Origin: a virus
Virus record (IMG/VR): IMGVR_UViG_3300027822_000011
DNA length: 64,000 bases
Direction: 5' to 3' (one strand)
Part shown: positions 1 through 10,015 of the stretch, one piece after another
Layout: every line of letters begins with the position of its first letter
Position numbering within the stretch: position 1 is the first letter of the stretch
Notes under the pieces: generated by a model
Database searches by the model: none
What the model was told of the DNA's origin: nothing
The model's input: only the letters and a program-made list of their open reading frames with translations
Position numbers and translations under genes: made by a program

Positions 1-545
1 TTATCACCTGTCAATATCAAATCAGCATCTGGAAACATCTTAAAAACTTGATTTACACGAGGCTCAATGCAGCCAGGATAAGGTTCTTGATCTTTCCATA
101 TTAGCATATGGGCCACAATAATCTTTCTATTCTTCCAATATTCTGCCACTATTTTGGCAAGATCCGCCCCCCATGAACCACCATTCCATATCATTTGGAA
201 AGCTCCCCCTAACCGTAAACTTTCAAAAGAACTTTTATTAAGTAAATCCATACTATGTTGGGGCAAATCATGTTGTCCTGCCACAACTTTCATTTTCTTT
301 GGAAAGTTTCGTAAACAATTATTGATCAACTCAGGTGACCCTTTCCAATGCTCAAAGATATCACCAGCATTTAAAACCTGGCAATCATATTTTTTTTGTA
401 ATTTATAAATTTCTTTTACCTTTTTCATTTGAGCCTTGAAATGATTGTCAGTCCTGCAAGGAGGATTCCTTTCTTTTTCCATCATGTGCCAATCGGATGT
501 TAAAATAGCATCAACTTTCATTTTTGGAAAACTTGTGCGTTTCAT
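1..545 (-). CDS. SbcD/Mre11 (T4 gp47-like) metallophosphoesterase nuclease, 5' part only; runs off the window
   Basis: Hand translation from ATG 545: MKRTSFPKMKVDAILTSDWHM...AGDIFEHW...VAGQHDL, giving the DxH, GD and GxHD phosphoesterase motifs; next to the SbcC-like gene. Confidence 0.85.
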   Translation of the reverse strand, partial: MKRTSFPKMKVDAILTSDWHMMEKERNPPCRTDNHFKAQMKKVKEIYKLQKKYDCQVLNAGDIFEHWKGSPELINNCLRNFPKKMKVVAGQHDLPQHSMDLLNKSSFESLRLGGAFQMIWNGGSWGADLAKIVAEYWKNRKIIVAHMLIWKDQEPYPGCIEPRVNQVFKMFPDADLILTGD

Positions 546-713
546 ATCCTTTACACCCTTTAATTGTTTTTTCAATTTTAAATAATAAAGATAAATATTT
601 TTCTGCCATTCTTGGGTAACCATTCTCCAAAAACATATAATACTCATCATAAATTAATTTCTCAATAAGTAAAGCTTCTTTGACTTCAATTCACAACACA
701 CAATTGATATCTT

Positions 714-1805
714 TCATAATTGATTCCTTTCAACTTTTGAATTGCATAAGGGGCAAATATCAGGAAAGATCTTTTTAAACCTTTTCTGTTTTTCTTTCAA
801 CTCTTTTCTGTTTTGTACTCTTTTCTTTTCTTTTGCTTTGATTACAAAAAGCTTTTTTTCAATATTATAAACTTGATCTAAATATCTTTCTTGTGTTTTT
901 ACAAAATTAAATGCCCGGTGAATATATGGTTCCACTTCCAATCTATTCTGGATCCAATCCAATTTATTTTTGGTGTCAACCAATTCATCAAGTTTGCTTT
1001 GTAATAAATTGAAATCTTTTTTGTATTTCTCCATTTTATTTCTGATTAAAACAGCTTTATCAATAATTGGCCTAACCTTTAATAATTTATTTATATCACC
1101 TAATTTCTGCAATTGCACCTTAATTAAATCAACAGATGACGAAAAAATATCAATCTTTTGTTTGTTGAGTTCTATTCTATTTTTAACCTTTTCTGCCTGA
1201 TTCACTAATATTTTTAAAGCATCCAAATTTTTAAATTTAACCAATTTTTTCTTTTTTTCTTTTATCTGGGCTTCCACTTCTTTCTTTTCTTTAAGATCAC
1301 CGGCCAAATCTTTTTTACCTTTATCTAAACTAATATCGATATTTGTTAAATTTGCTACTTCATTTAAATGCCTGGCAATATCAGAGGAAGTTTCAGACAA
1401 AAGAAAAATAGGAGCTTTTTTCTCCAACTGCCTTTGAATATTTATCTTTCTATTCAATCTTAACATATTGGTAATTTCCTGGGGAACCGATGCCCTAACC
1501 GCATTAAATTCAATTACCTTTCCAGTCTTTATATCTTTAATTTGATACAATGCTTTTTTATTCTTTTTATACTTCATAATTGAATTATCCAAATGTAATC
1601 CAATATAAGTAGTTCCACCCCACCAAGATTGAAAATCAGAACCCATCGGCCTGTTTTCCATCATTTTACGAATAGCACTCATAGCAGCACTTTTGCCATG
1701 ATCGGTGGGGCCAATGATCATATTTACACCTGGATGAAAATTAAAAACCCCTTTTTTAAAAGAAACCCAATTTTTTAAAACCAATTTTTTAATATGATCA
1801 GACAT
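714..1805 (-). CDS. SbcC/Rad50 (gp46-like) ATPase, N-terminal half ending at the zinc hook
   Basis: Walker A GPTDHGKS, Q-loop region, coiled coil, C-terminal CPLC; no signature or Walker B motif. Confidence 0.8.
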   Translation of the reverse strand: MSDHIKKLVLKNWVSFKKGVFNFHPGVNMIIGPTDHGKSAAMSAIRKMMENRPMGSDFQSWWGGTTYIGLHLDNSIMKYKKNKKALYQIKDIKTGKVIEFNAVRASVPQEITNMLRLNRKINIQRQLEKKAPIFLLSETSSDIARHLNEVANLTNIDISLDKGKKDLAGDLKEKKEVEAQIKEKKKKLVKFKNLDALKILVNQAEKVKNRIELNKQKIDIFSSSVDLIKVQLQKLGDINKLLKVRPIIDKAVLIRNKMEKYKKDFNLLQSKLDELVDTKNKLDWIQNRLEVEPYIHRAFNFVKTQERYLDQVYNIEKKLFVIKAKEKKRVQNRKELKEKQKRFKKIFPDICPLCNSKVERNQL

Positions 1806-1932
1806 CCATTACCCCCGGTCTTTCTTTTGTAATTTTCTATTTCTACGTTTTATTTTTATATCAAATTCGTTTAATTCAAGTTCTTTGCTAATTTGATATG
1901 AAGCCGGAGCATTCATATTCAATATAATATTA

Positions 1933-2049
1933 TCATGGGTATTTTGAATTAATTTCATTGTATCCTTGATAGATCCAAGCATATGCCAATACGCCCAACC
2001 CTACAAAAATAGCCATGATAATAATACCAATCACAATTAATTTTTTCAT
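1933..2049 (-). CDS. Small membrane peptide (38 aa)
   Basis: Hand translation MKKLIVIGIIIMAIFVGLGVLAYAWIYQGYNEINSKYP; ATGA overlap with the upstream gene. Confidence 0.45.
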   Translation of the reverse strand: MKKLIVIGIIIMAIFVGLGVLAYAWIYQGYNEINSKYP

Positions 2050-2660
2050 ATTTTCTCCTTTTTGGACCTCTCATTAATTTTATTAGCCATATCCAACAAC
2101 TTTTGCCATTTTGGAGTAATTCTTGCTACATATTTCTTCTTTTTATTTTTTCCAACAATTTTTATTTTTGATGGAGGATATTGTGGAATTTTTTTACGTC
2201 TTGGAAACATTATAAAATAATATTTAACAATTCTTTTATATTCAGATATTTTGAAAAAAGGCGCTTTTTCTCCCTCAGTCGGATAAATATACCTTTGAGG
2301 ACATGGGGGATCTTCAAGATAATCTGCAATACTTCTTAAAAGATCAGGTAAAGGCATCATTTCAGTCAACCCATATCTTTTATATTTTTTAAGAATAACC
2401 CCTTCAAATGAATTAACTTGAAAATGGATGGCCCCTCGAACTAATCCCCTGCCCAAAGGGCCAGGTCTTTGACTTTTTAATTTATGAGTATGGTCTAATA
2501 CTGAATCTCTAACTTTTATTGATTTTCTAAGAATAGGGCAACATCCACCACTTTCCATATAAAGTTTCTTTTTTAAAATCTTGGCAGTTTTTCCATTCAA
2601 TTGAATAAATTTAACAGGAGCCCTATTCCGATTAACTTTTGTAAAATTACGTTTAATCAT
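2046..2660 (-). CDS. Recombination endonuclease VII (T4 gp49-like Holliday junction resolvase)
   Basis: CPIL...VLDHTH...GLVRGAIHFQVNSFEG matches the EndoVII pattern. Confidence 0.75.
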   Translation of the reverse strand: MIKRNFTKVNRNRAPVKFIQLNGKTAKILKKKLYMESGGCCPILRKSIKVRDSVLDHTHKLKSQRPGPLGRGLVRGAIHFQVNSFEGVILKKYKRYGLTEMMPLPDLLRSIADYLEDPPCPQRYIYPTEGEKAPFFKISEYKRIVKYYFIMFPRRKKIPQYPPSKIKIVGKNKKKKYVARITPKWQKLLDMANKINERSKKEKI

Positions 2661-3241
2661 CTTAACGAATCCAACATTTTTGAATATTTTTTAATTACAT
2701 CCACTGATAAATCTGACCAAATCCATGTATCATCCTTTTTTCTATACAACGCTTTTGCCACCGGATATGGGTTGGTATGATCAGAATCGATACAAAAAAT
2801 AAAATGACCTGCTTTTGCTTTACGCATTGATGCCATAATATAAATAATATGGGGACCATCATCAAAAAAACCCTGTACTGCCTGCTCAAAAGTTGCAATA
2901 TAAAAACGCTGATTAATTAAATAGCCTGGGGTGAATATTTGCAAAGCTGGCAATGATAAAACAGGAAGTGGCCCCATATATGCCAATGGTGTATAAGAGG
3001 TCCCCCACTTTCCTTTACTAAAATTAGTAATCTGCATGCCAGCTTGTTTTTTTACATTAGAATCTGCTATGAATCCATCATAAAAAATTAAATACATCCC
3101 TTCTTTTGCAGGGGTATTGCCTTGAATTATCATTTTAAAAAAATCAACACCAGCCAAACTCATTTTTTGTTTAAGAATATTAACTTTTGGTTTTCTATTT
3201 ATTTGCCCCCTGGTTGACCTGGGGTTTCTTTTTATTTTCAT
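2657..3241 (-). CDS. Hypothetical protein
   Basis: 194-aa ORF coupled to both neighbours. Confidence 0.6.
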   Translation of the reverse strand: MKIKRNPRSTRGQINRKPKVNILKQKMSLAGVDFFKMIIQGNTPAKEGMYLIFYDGFIADSNVKKQAGMQITNFSKGKWGTSYTPLAYMGPLPVLSLPALQIFTPGYLINQRFYIATFEQAVQGFFDDGPHIIYIMASMRKAKAGHFIFCIDSDHTNPYPVAKALYRKKDDTWIWSDLSVDVIKKYSKMLDSLR

Positions 3242-3244
3242 ATA

Positions 3245-4360
3245 TCACCCAAATTTTGGTTTACGTTTAAGATCCAATTGACCCTGAATTCTTTTCACAG
3301 CTTTTGCAGTGGTCTTGTATAACTTTTTTTCTCTAAGTTCTTTTTTCTTTTCAATGAAATCAATTATTGATTTTTTGGTACCTTTAAACTTTAATTCTGG
3401 ACAAATGATAGTAGCCTTTTTCGTTTTCCAATGACCAATTGTTAACAAATAATCAATACAGGATGAAACATCATCAATTCCATAACTTGGATAAATAGGA
3501 AAGTCAGCTTGCCCCTTTTTCCCAGTAAATTTATTTTTTGTAATTTTAGCCCTGGTATTTACCCCGATATCATATTTTATTTTATTTATTGTTTTTTGAA
3601 TTGGGCTGATGTAAGTAAGCCAAGTTTCAATACTGGCATAAAATTTTAAAGCCCGGCCACCTGATCTATAATGCTTTACAAAACTACCAGCAGTCAAATT
3701 ATCCCTGGTTTGCGATATAATAATCAAAATTGATCTAGTCTGTTTCAATCTGGAAACAATATGCCTAAACATTTGAGAAGCCTTTTTTTGTTTCGTAGCC
3801 TGAAAAGAACCCTTTATTTTTGAAAGATTTCCAGCTTTTCTGTGTTCCCTATTTTGCAATTCCTTTTCAATTTCTGCGTCTGCATCAATGGCATCAAATG
3901 AATCTAAAACATATATAAAAGGACGTTCATTATCACAAGCATCCATTACATTATCATAAAAATTTTCAATCGTTGTACTCATGGTTCCATCAGGAGTTGG
4001 AGCTTCCAATCTTTTTGCCAACTTCTTTCCAAACAATTTTGCATGGTCAAATGAGTCAGCAAATTCGGCATCATCATAAATAAATCTATACTTATCAAAT
4101 TTAGAAAGCAAAGAAGTTGCAGCCAAAGCACTCAAAACCAAAATCGATTTACCTGAACTTGAATCACCAATTATATTAACCATTCTGCCTTCCCGACAAA
4201 ATCTATTCCAATGACCGGTACAAGCAATATTAAAAGTGATTGACCCTCCCGGCATCCACAAAACATTATTTTTTTTCTTTATTCTTTTCTTTTTTGAAGT
4301 TGCTTCAATCAATTGGGTTTTTAATGGTTTCTTTGTTTTTGCTGGTGAATTCCTTTTCAT
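3245..4360 (-). CDS. RecA/UvsX-like recombinase
   Basis: Walker A GDSSSGKS, YVLDSFDA Walker B, IISQTR, SGGRALKFYAS. Confidence 0.9.
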   Translation of the reverse strand: MKRNSPAKTKKPLKTQLIEATSKKKRIKKKNNVLWMPGGSITFNIACTGHWNRFCREGRMVNIIGDSSSGKSILVLSALAATSLLSKFDKYRFIYDDAEFADSFDHAKLFGKKLAKRLEAPTPDGTMSTTIENFYDNVMDACDNERPFIYVLDSFDAIDADAEIEKELQNREHRKAGNLSKIKGSFQATKQKKASQMFRHIVSRLKQTRSILIIISQTRDNLTAGSFVKHYRSGGRALKFYASIETWLTYISPIQKTINKIKYDIGVNTRAKITKNKFTGKKGQADFPIYPSYGIDDVSSCIDYLLTIGHWKTKKATIICPELKFKGTKKSIIDFIEKKKELREKKLYKTTAKAVKRIQGQLDLKRKPKFG

Positions 4361-4713
4361 ATTTTATTTGTAACCCCTTTAATAATCCGTGTGATAACTT
4401 CATCTTCAATTCTATGAGTTACCAAATCTTTTCTAATTTGATCACAGAATATTTTTTCAGTCAAAGTAGGTTCACTCTTTGATTCCCTTTTCCAAGCGTG
4501 TGCAGCCTGATTTACAGCCTTTTCAATCATTTCTGATAAAGAGGGCTGCTCCCTTAAATACTCATTAATTATTTCAAGTAAAATAGCAGTTCGTGGCCGG
4601 CTGTTTTCAAGTGATAACATAGCAAGTCGATGAGCATCATTTTTGATAATATGCACCCCAACCAGTTTTTTATCAACCAAATTTTTATCTGTTTTAGACA
4701 TAAAGATACTCAT
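4357..4713 (-). CDS. Hypothetical protein
   Basis: 118-aa ORF, ATGA-coupled to the recombinase. Confidence 0.55.
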   Translation of the reverse strand: MSIFMSKTDKNLVDKKLVGVHIIKNDAHRLAMLSLENSRPRTAILLEIINEYLREQPSLSEMIEKAVNQAAHAWKRESKSEPTLTEKIFCDQIRKDLVTHRIEDEVITRIIKGVTNKI

Positions 4714-4817
4714 TTATTGATCCCTTATTTTAAAATAAGAAGCTGTAATTACCATATAAAAATACAGATTAAAACAGCCCCTTAATTATATTATAGATTT
4801 AAATTATTGCCGGACAA

Positions 4818-6326
4818 TCACACAGCATCCTGCAATTTATCATAGGCATCAAAACATTTTTGATATTTCTTGCAATCCTTTTTATTACATTCGTCATGAT
4901 CCCCCCACTCTTCACCAAATTGATAAGCAAATGGGCAACTCATGGCTTTTTTGGTGGATGATCCGGAAGTTTTCTTTTTTCCTCCCTTTCCACCTTTCTT
5001 TTTGGCAACTTTTTTATCTGCCTTCGCTTTATCTACTTTCTTTTTGGCAGCTTTTTCTTTCTTTTCCCTGGCTTTCCGTTCTTTTGGGGTTTCATCATCG
5101 TCGTTGTCGTCATCATCATCATCATCGTTGTCATCGTCGTTGTCGTCATCATCATCATCATCGTTGTCATCGTCGTTGTCATTGTCGTCATCATTATCGT
5201 TGTCATCATCATTATCGTTGTCATCATCATTATCGTTGTCATCATCATCGTTGTCATCATTATCGTCATCATCATCATTATCATCGTCGTCGTCATTATC
5301 ATTATCATTATCATCGTTGTCGTTATCATCATCGTTATCTGGGTGCTCAATATCGAAAAAATCAGCAACTACCATTCTGAGTTCAAATTCATCATCATAA
5401 TTGTAATCTTCGATGTCTTCCCCGGCATCCTCCAAAACTTCAACCAATTCTGTTTCGTCCATTTCTGATAAGTCAGACCAAGTCAATTTTGACCTGTTAT
5501 TTTTCTTGCCACCTTTCTTGCCGCCTTTCTTGCCACCTTTCTTGCCACCTTTCTTGCCGCCTTTCTTTCCAGTTTCTTCAGCCCCTTCCAAAAGTTCAAC
5601 CATTTCATCATAAGATTTAATACCCGGCAAAATGATATCATCAAGACAAGGCATCTTGTCCAACAATGATTCTTTATAATCTTTTCTTGGAATAAAATCG
5701 ACCCTGGCAGCAACCGGAAACTTGGTTTTATCAAATTTTTCTTCTTTGAATTTCACTTTCAAAGTATATCCGCCCTGTAAGCAGGCATAATTGTTCAGGT
5801 CTTCGTCTTCAAGGGCTTCAATGGCTTCTTCGACTTTGGCATAAAAATTAGCATCTGAAATATCCCAAATATACTTTTTGCCTTTCAATTTTTTATCACC
5901 TGATAAAATCTTGATTCCATAAAGCGATCTTTTTGACGGACGAAACTTGGCAGCTTTTTGACTTGCCCTTTTTGAAGTTAAATCAGGGTCATCATAAATT
6001 TCTTGCATTTTTTCACAAATTGGACATGGCTTGCCAATTGTAGTGGGGCATAAGGCAGACGCCCGGGTGGCACCAACATTTCGATGAATTTTATACGGGA
6101 ACCTGTACCAAATATCGTCAGACATGGCATCCCCTTCCGGGTGATTATCCGGGTCTTTCACAACATAAGGAAGAATATCAATTTTTAATTTATGATCAAT
6201 TTCCTCTTTAAACAATTGCCATTTTGCAGGTATATTCAACCAATTTTTCCCGGTCTTTCTCATTTGTCTTGATTTACTAACTCCTTTGCCCATATTTGAG
6301 CCACGCCCTTTTCTTTTTTTACTCAT
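4818..6326 (-). CDS. T4 gp32-like single-stranded DNA-binding protein with KKGG repeats, an Asp/Asn tract and a Cys-rich C-terminus
   Basis: IDILPY, HRNVG..LCP..GKPCPICE zinc motif and YIWDIS; position among recombination genes. Confidence 0.75.
   Translation of the reverse strand: MSKKRKGRGSNMGKGVSKSRQMRKTGKNWLNIPAKWQLFKEEIDHKLKIDILPYVVKDPDNHPEGDAMSDDIWYRFPYKIHRNVGATRASALCPTTIGKPCPICEKMQEIYDDPDLTSKRASQKAAKFRPSKRSLYGIKILSGDKKLKGKKYIWDISDANFYAKVEEAIEALEDEDLNNYACLQGGYTLKVKFKEEKFDKTKFPVAARVDFIPRKDYKESLLDKMPCLDDIILPGIKSYDEMVELLEGAEETGKKGGKKGGKKGGKKGGKKGGKKNNRSKLTWSDLSEMDETELVEVLEDAGEDIEDYNYDDEFELRMVVADFFDIEHPDNDDDNDNDDNDNDNDDDDDNDDDDDNDDNDDDDNDNDDDNDNDDDNDNDDDNDNDDDNDDDDDDDNDDDNDDDDDDDNDDDETPKERKAREKKEKAAKKKVDKAKADKKVAKKKGGKGGKKKTSGSSTKKAMSCPFAYQFGEEWGDHDECNKKDCKKYQKCFDAYDKLQDAV
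5092..5340 (-). repeat. GAT/GAC/AAC/AAT triplet tract encoding about 80 Asp/Asn residues
   Basis: tcatcg/tcgttg/tcatta iterations on the + strand. Confidence 0.95.
5502..5566 (-). repeat. 12-bp tandem repeat, about 5 copies, encoding KKGG
   Basis: ttcttgcc(a/g)cct units; protein KKGGKKGGKKGGKKGGKKGGKK. Confidence 0.9.
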
Positions 6327-6490
6327 CTTAATTCTCCTTTTGATTTTGCATTACATAATTGGTTAATTTCATCAACCCCATCAACAATACCTTTGCCAAA
6401 ACTTTTACCTAAAAAACGAACATAAGATGGAATAATAAAATAAGAAAAAAACAAAATTCCTATCATCCACCAAGTTATTTGAACTGTCAT
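6323..6490 (-). CDS. Small membrane protein (55 aa)
   Basis: Hand translation MTVQITWWMIGILFFSYFIIPSYVRFLGK...; ATGA overlaps at both ends. Confidence 0.5.
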   Translation of the reverse strand: MTVQITWWMIGILFFSYFIIPSYVRFLGKSFGKGIVDGVDEINQLCNAKSKGELR

Positions 6491-7056
6491 GTTGAATTCC
6501 TTTTCATTCCCCTACTTTTACTCATTCTCCTTTTTTTATCTTTCATTGCATTATAAGTCTTTTTTCTGATTTCCTTATTTATTTCCCTGGGAACTTCCGG
6601 CCCAGCAAAATAACTTTGACCATGTAAATGAACCAGTTCCTCTAACGCCTTTGTCCGTGTAAAATGCATCAAATCTTTCATAGAAACTGCAGTCGTATGA
6701 TCATCCTCCGCCATCATCATTTTGGTTTCTGCTTTTATCATTTTCCGTTTAACAATTAAATAATCTGGATGGGTTCTGTAAAATGCTTCAGCCTGTTTAT
6801 CAGTAGCTTTTGACTGACCAACATATTTTTCTGGATTATTTTGGCATTTCTGGATCAATTTACTCCTGGTTGATTTAACCGATTCATTAGCAATTTTATA
6901 CTTTTGGGAAGCTTTAATAACCCTTTTTCGCATCTTAGCCACTTGTTCAATATAAAGCCTTTCAAGGTCTGCATGCTCCAGCCATTCAATATCCAAGGCA
7001 TTTACATCAATCTTTGAATCGACCGAATAATCAAGTTCTCTTTTTGGCATAATCAC
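6487..7056 (-). CDS. UvsY-like recombination mediator
   Basis: SKIDVNALDIEWLEHA N-terminus and long helical body; adjacent to the gp32-like gene. Confidence 0.55.
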   Translation of the reverse strand: MIMPKRELDYSVDSKIDVNALDIEWLEHADLERLYIEQVAKMRKRVIKASQKYKIANESVKSTRSKLIQKCQNNPEKYVGQSKATDKQAEAFYRTHPDYLIVKRKMIKAETKMMMAEDDHTTAVSMKDLMHFTRTKALEELVHLHGQSYFAGPEVPREINKEIRKKTYNAMKDKKRRMSKSRGMKRNST

Positions 7057-7062
7057 TCCTTT

Positions 7063-7575
7063 TCAAATATGACTCCATGTCTGTCCTTTAATTATAAATT
7101 TAATTGTTGATGCATCCACCCCATACTTTTTACCAAGTTTAATAAAAGATGATTTTCCAGTTTTATAAATTTTTCTAATTTCCTTAACTTGACTATCAAT
7201 AAGTTTTGAACGTGGGTGATTAATTCCTCTAACTGGATTACAAAGACCATTATCATGAGCGTGTTGTGAATTTTCCTTTGGAGTCATCCATTCAAGATTA
7301 ATATTCCAGTTATTCCTTTTATCTCCATCAATATGATTGCATTCATGCTTAGGTGATGGTTTTGGTTTACCAAAATGATATATTACTAACAAATGAATAT
7401 CAATTTGAATTCTTTTTGAATTCTTCCATAAACCAATAACAGGATAATTCTTAGCAAATTGAATCTTCATTATCCCTTTTCTATTTAATGATTTTACCCT
7501 ACCAAAATTAGAAATTTCATAATTTGAAAAACCTTTAATTGTTTTCCATATTTCTTTATTTCGTTTAATCAACAT
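7063..7575 (-). CDS. NUMOD4-HNH homing endonuclease with C-terminal HTH
   Basis: EIWKTIKGFSNYEISNFGRVKS; CNHIDGDKRNN..NLEW.T.KEN..HA. Confidence 0.9.
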   Translation of the reverse strand: MLIKRNKEIWKTIKGFSNYEISNFGRVKSLNRKGIMKIQFAKNYPVIGLWKNSKRIQIDIHLLVIYHFGKPKPSPKHECNHIDGDKRNNWNINLEWMTPKENSQHAHDNGLCNPVRGINHPRSKLIDSQVKEIRKIYKTGKSSFIKLGKKYGVDASTIKFIIKGQTWSHI

Positions 7576-8522
7576 GGAGGCTCAATCCCTTGATCAATAT
7601 TATAACAAAACTGAGTAATAATTGGCCACCCTGAATCATAAGTTGATTTATATACAAACCACCCCAAAATCAAAGCACCATCAGTATTGCCATTGAGTAA
7701 AACCGAATTTGCATACCCCATAATAGCTCGCCGTACCGTTTCAGGGTCTTCCGTTTTTAATCTTTTTAAAATATCCCTTACTTTATCCCAGCAATTACCT
7801 TTCATCAGGATACGGCAAAGATCAATAATTTGAGCATTTTCTTCCAAATTTTCAGTGCTAATCATTTTCAGCATTTTTTTATTGGTTGATAAATTAATAA
7901 TCTTTGATAACAATGTTAAAGTATCCCTGGGAAACCCTTGGGTAACCATATGAATCTTTTTTATTACCTTTTGACCAACTTCTTTATTTTCCCCTTTCAT
8001 TACTCTTTTAACTAATTTGGTAGTTTCTGCCTGATCCAAAGGGGCCACTTGAAATTCAACGCACCTTGATCTTATTGTTTTTATCAACATTTCAGGATTC
8101 GTAGTACATAAAATCCAATAAACATGATCAGGGGGCTCCTCTAAAGATTTCAACAAAGCATTTTGGGCTTCATTTTTTTCGGATGAACCCCCCTTTCCAA
8201 GCATATGGGCCTCATCAATTAAATAAACCTTTACATCCCCTTTCCTTGGGAGGTAGGATAAGCTTTCCCGCAGATCTCTGACGGTTCCTATCCCTCTAAA
8301 AACGGCTGTATCCAGTTCCCTATAATCAAAATCTGAACAACCCAACTCCTTTTTAATAATTCGACCCAAAGTAGTTTTACCGCACCCCCTGGGGCCAGTT
8401 AATAAAATTGCATGGGGGCTTTCTTTTGCAAAAAATAACTCTCGCAATGACTCAACCGTTTCATCATTCCCCAAAAAATTCTTAAATGATTTAGGTCGAT
8501 ATTTAATTTTTATATCCTGCAT
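7569..8522 (-). CDS. DnaX-like AAA+ clamp loader (Pol III gamma/tau-like)
   Basis: KYRPKSF, GPRGCGKTT, YLIDEAHML, NALLKSLEEPP, TIRSRC. Confidence 0.9.
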   Translation of the reverse strand: MQDIKIKYRPKSFKNFLGNDETVESLRELFFAKESPHAILLTGPRGCGKTTLGRIIKKELGCSDFDYRELDTAVFRGIGTVRDLRESLSYLPRKGDVKVYLIDEAHMLGKGGSSEKNEAQNALLKSLEEPPDHVYWILCTTNPEMLIKTIRSRCVEFQVAPLDQAETTKLVKRVMKGENKEVGQKVIKKIHMVTQGFPRDTLTLLSKIINLSTNKKMLKMISTENLEENAQIIDLCRILMKGNCWDKVRDILKRLKTEDPETVRRAIMGYANSVLLNGNTDGALILGWFVYKSTYDSGWPIITQFCYNIDQGIEPPC

Positions 8523-8584
8523 CTTTACTCCTTTTAAAGATTTTTAAAAGCATATATATTTTAATATAATCATTGACTATATTT

Positions 8585-10015
8585 TTAAGCTGCTTTTAAT
8601 TCAACAACACCAGAATCTTGTGCCCAATTGGCATCTACTTCATATACATTTGCTTCAACCACCATTGGCACAATTATCCATTTCCATTGTTTTAATAACC
8701 ATAAACAAGCAACATCTTGGACAATTTCAAGGACATCTTCTGTTTCTTTTGGATGGGCATCAAATACCAATTCATCATGTATCTGTCCTATTAATTTAGT
8801 TTTCATTTTGTACTTTTCAAGTCTATCATACACTTCAATATAAGTTTTTAAAAGCATATGAAAAGCAGCCCCCTGAATAGGATAGTTATTAATATCATTT
8901 TCAGACATTTCACCCGAACAGGTAAAACCAGTCAAAGTTTTCAAAAAGCCATTTTTATAATATTTTTTTACATTTCGTTTTTTCCAGTCACGGTATCCCT
9001 TAAACCGATTATTCCAAAAATCATCTTCTACCCACTTAATATGCTCAACAAAATCCTCGTAATCATATATTCCTTTACCCCGTAAATGCTTTCCTAAATT
9101 CTTACCATTCATAAGGACAGGGCCATCTTTTTTACTAAAACTTCCCTTTGTCGGCAATTTACCCCAACTTGCTAAAGAAGCAGCATTATTCAAATAATAA
9201 TCACCATAAAATTGTGGAAAGACAAACCCATTCTTTGCCCCTTTTCGAAGAATTTTTTCTGCCCCTGACTTTTGAAATTCATCTAATGCATAACACTGAA
9301 TTGCCATATCAGTATGCATATTATTAACTTCTGGATGTCGGACATAATGAAGCATTTTTTTATCTTTATGATAACAACAAGAAGTTCCAACTTCAATACC
9401 GGTAAAATCTGCTGCCATTAAATGATAACCTTTACGAGGAATAAATGACGACCTTACTATTTTTTTCTGCTTTACATCCCTATTTGGTTGGTTATGAAAA
9501 TTGATATTACTTGAACTTGATCTAAAAGTCCTTGCAATATGTAAATGGAAAAATGGGTGAATAATGCCATCAACCTGTTCTTTTAAAATCCCCAATAAAA
9601 AAGTATTATTGACTTTCGATAATTTTTTATACATCATAAAAGATTGGAGATCAGGATAAATTTTTGAAATTAATTCAAGTGATTCACCATCAACAGAAGC
9701 CTGACCGGCTGGATTTGCTTTACTTGGTTTGGTCATTTTAACCGGTTTAATTCCTTCATTTTTAAAAAGAATTTCACGCAACTGTTTATCTGAATTCCAA
9801 TTTGGAGAAATGAAAGTTTTTTGCCATTTTCTACCCAATTTAGTACCAGCAAATTCTTTAGTCAACATTTTACATTTTTTGGTCAAATATTTATATTGCT
9901 TTTCACAATATTTCACATCAACCCGCATTCCTTGAATACTTGCCTGACTAAAGCATTGAATCCCTTTATGCATCAATTGTTGAGCATCTTGGGTAGTAGC
10001 CATCACCTGTGCCAT
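8585..10015 (-). CDS. polA: Family A DNA polymerase, polymerase domain only
   Basis: TFRSSSSNINFHNQP, motif A ADFTGIE, motif B RKGAKNGFVFPQFYG, NYPIQG, motif C QIHDEL. Confidence 0.9.
   Translation of the reverse strand: MAQVMATTQDAQQLMHKGIQCFSQASIQGMRVDVKYCEKQYKYLTKKCKMLTKEFAGTKLGRKWQKTFISPNWNSDKQLREILFKNEGIKPVKMTKPSKANPAGQASVDGESLELISKIYPDLQSFMMYKKLSKVNNTFLLGILKEQVDGIIHPFFHLHIARTFRSSSSNINFHNQPNRDVKQKKIVRSSFIPRKGYHLMAADFTGIEVGTSCCYHKDKKMLHYVRHPEVNNMHTDMAIQCYALDEFQKSGAEKILRKGAKNGFVFPQFYGDYYLNNAASLASWGKLPTKGSFSKKDGPVLMNGKNLGKHLRGKGIYDYEDFVEHIKWVEDDFWNNRFKGYRDWKKRNVKKYYKNGFLKTLTGFTCSGEMSENDINNYPIQGAAFHMLLKTYIEVYDRLEKYKMKTKLIGQIHDELVFDAHPKETEDVLEIVQDVACLWLLKQWKWIIVPMVVEANVYEVDANWAQDSGVVELKAA

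Noticed and set aside
4931-5734. Long poly-His/Arg/Cys, poly-Ser and poly-Met/Thr ORFs in other frames (also at 20139-20795, 20197-20478 and 51059-51400)
   Set aside because: Shadow frames of the Asp/Asn and Thr/Ser triplet tracts; no RBS context, and they oppose or overlap well-supported genes.
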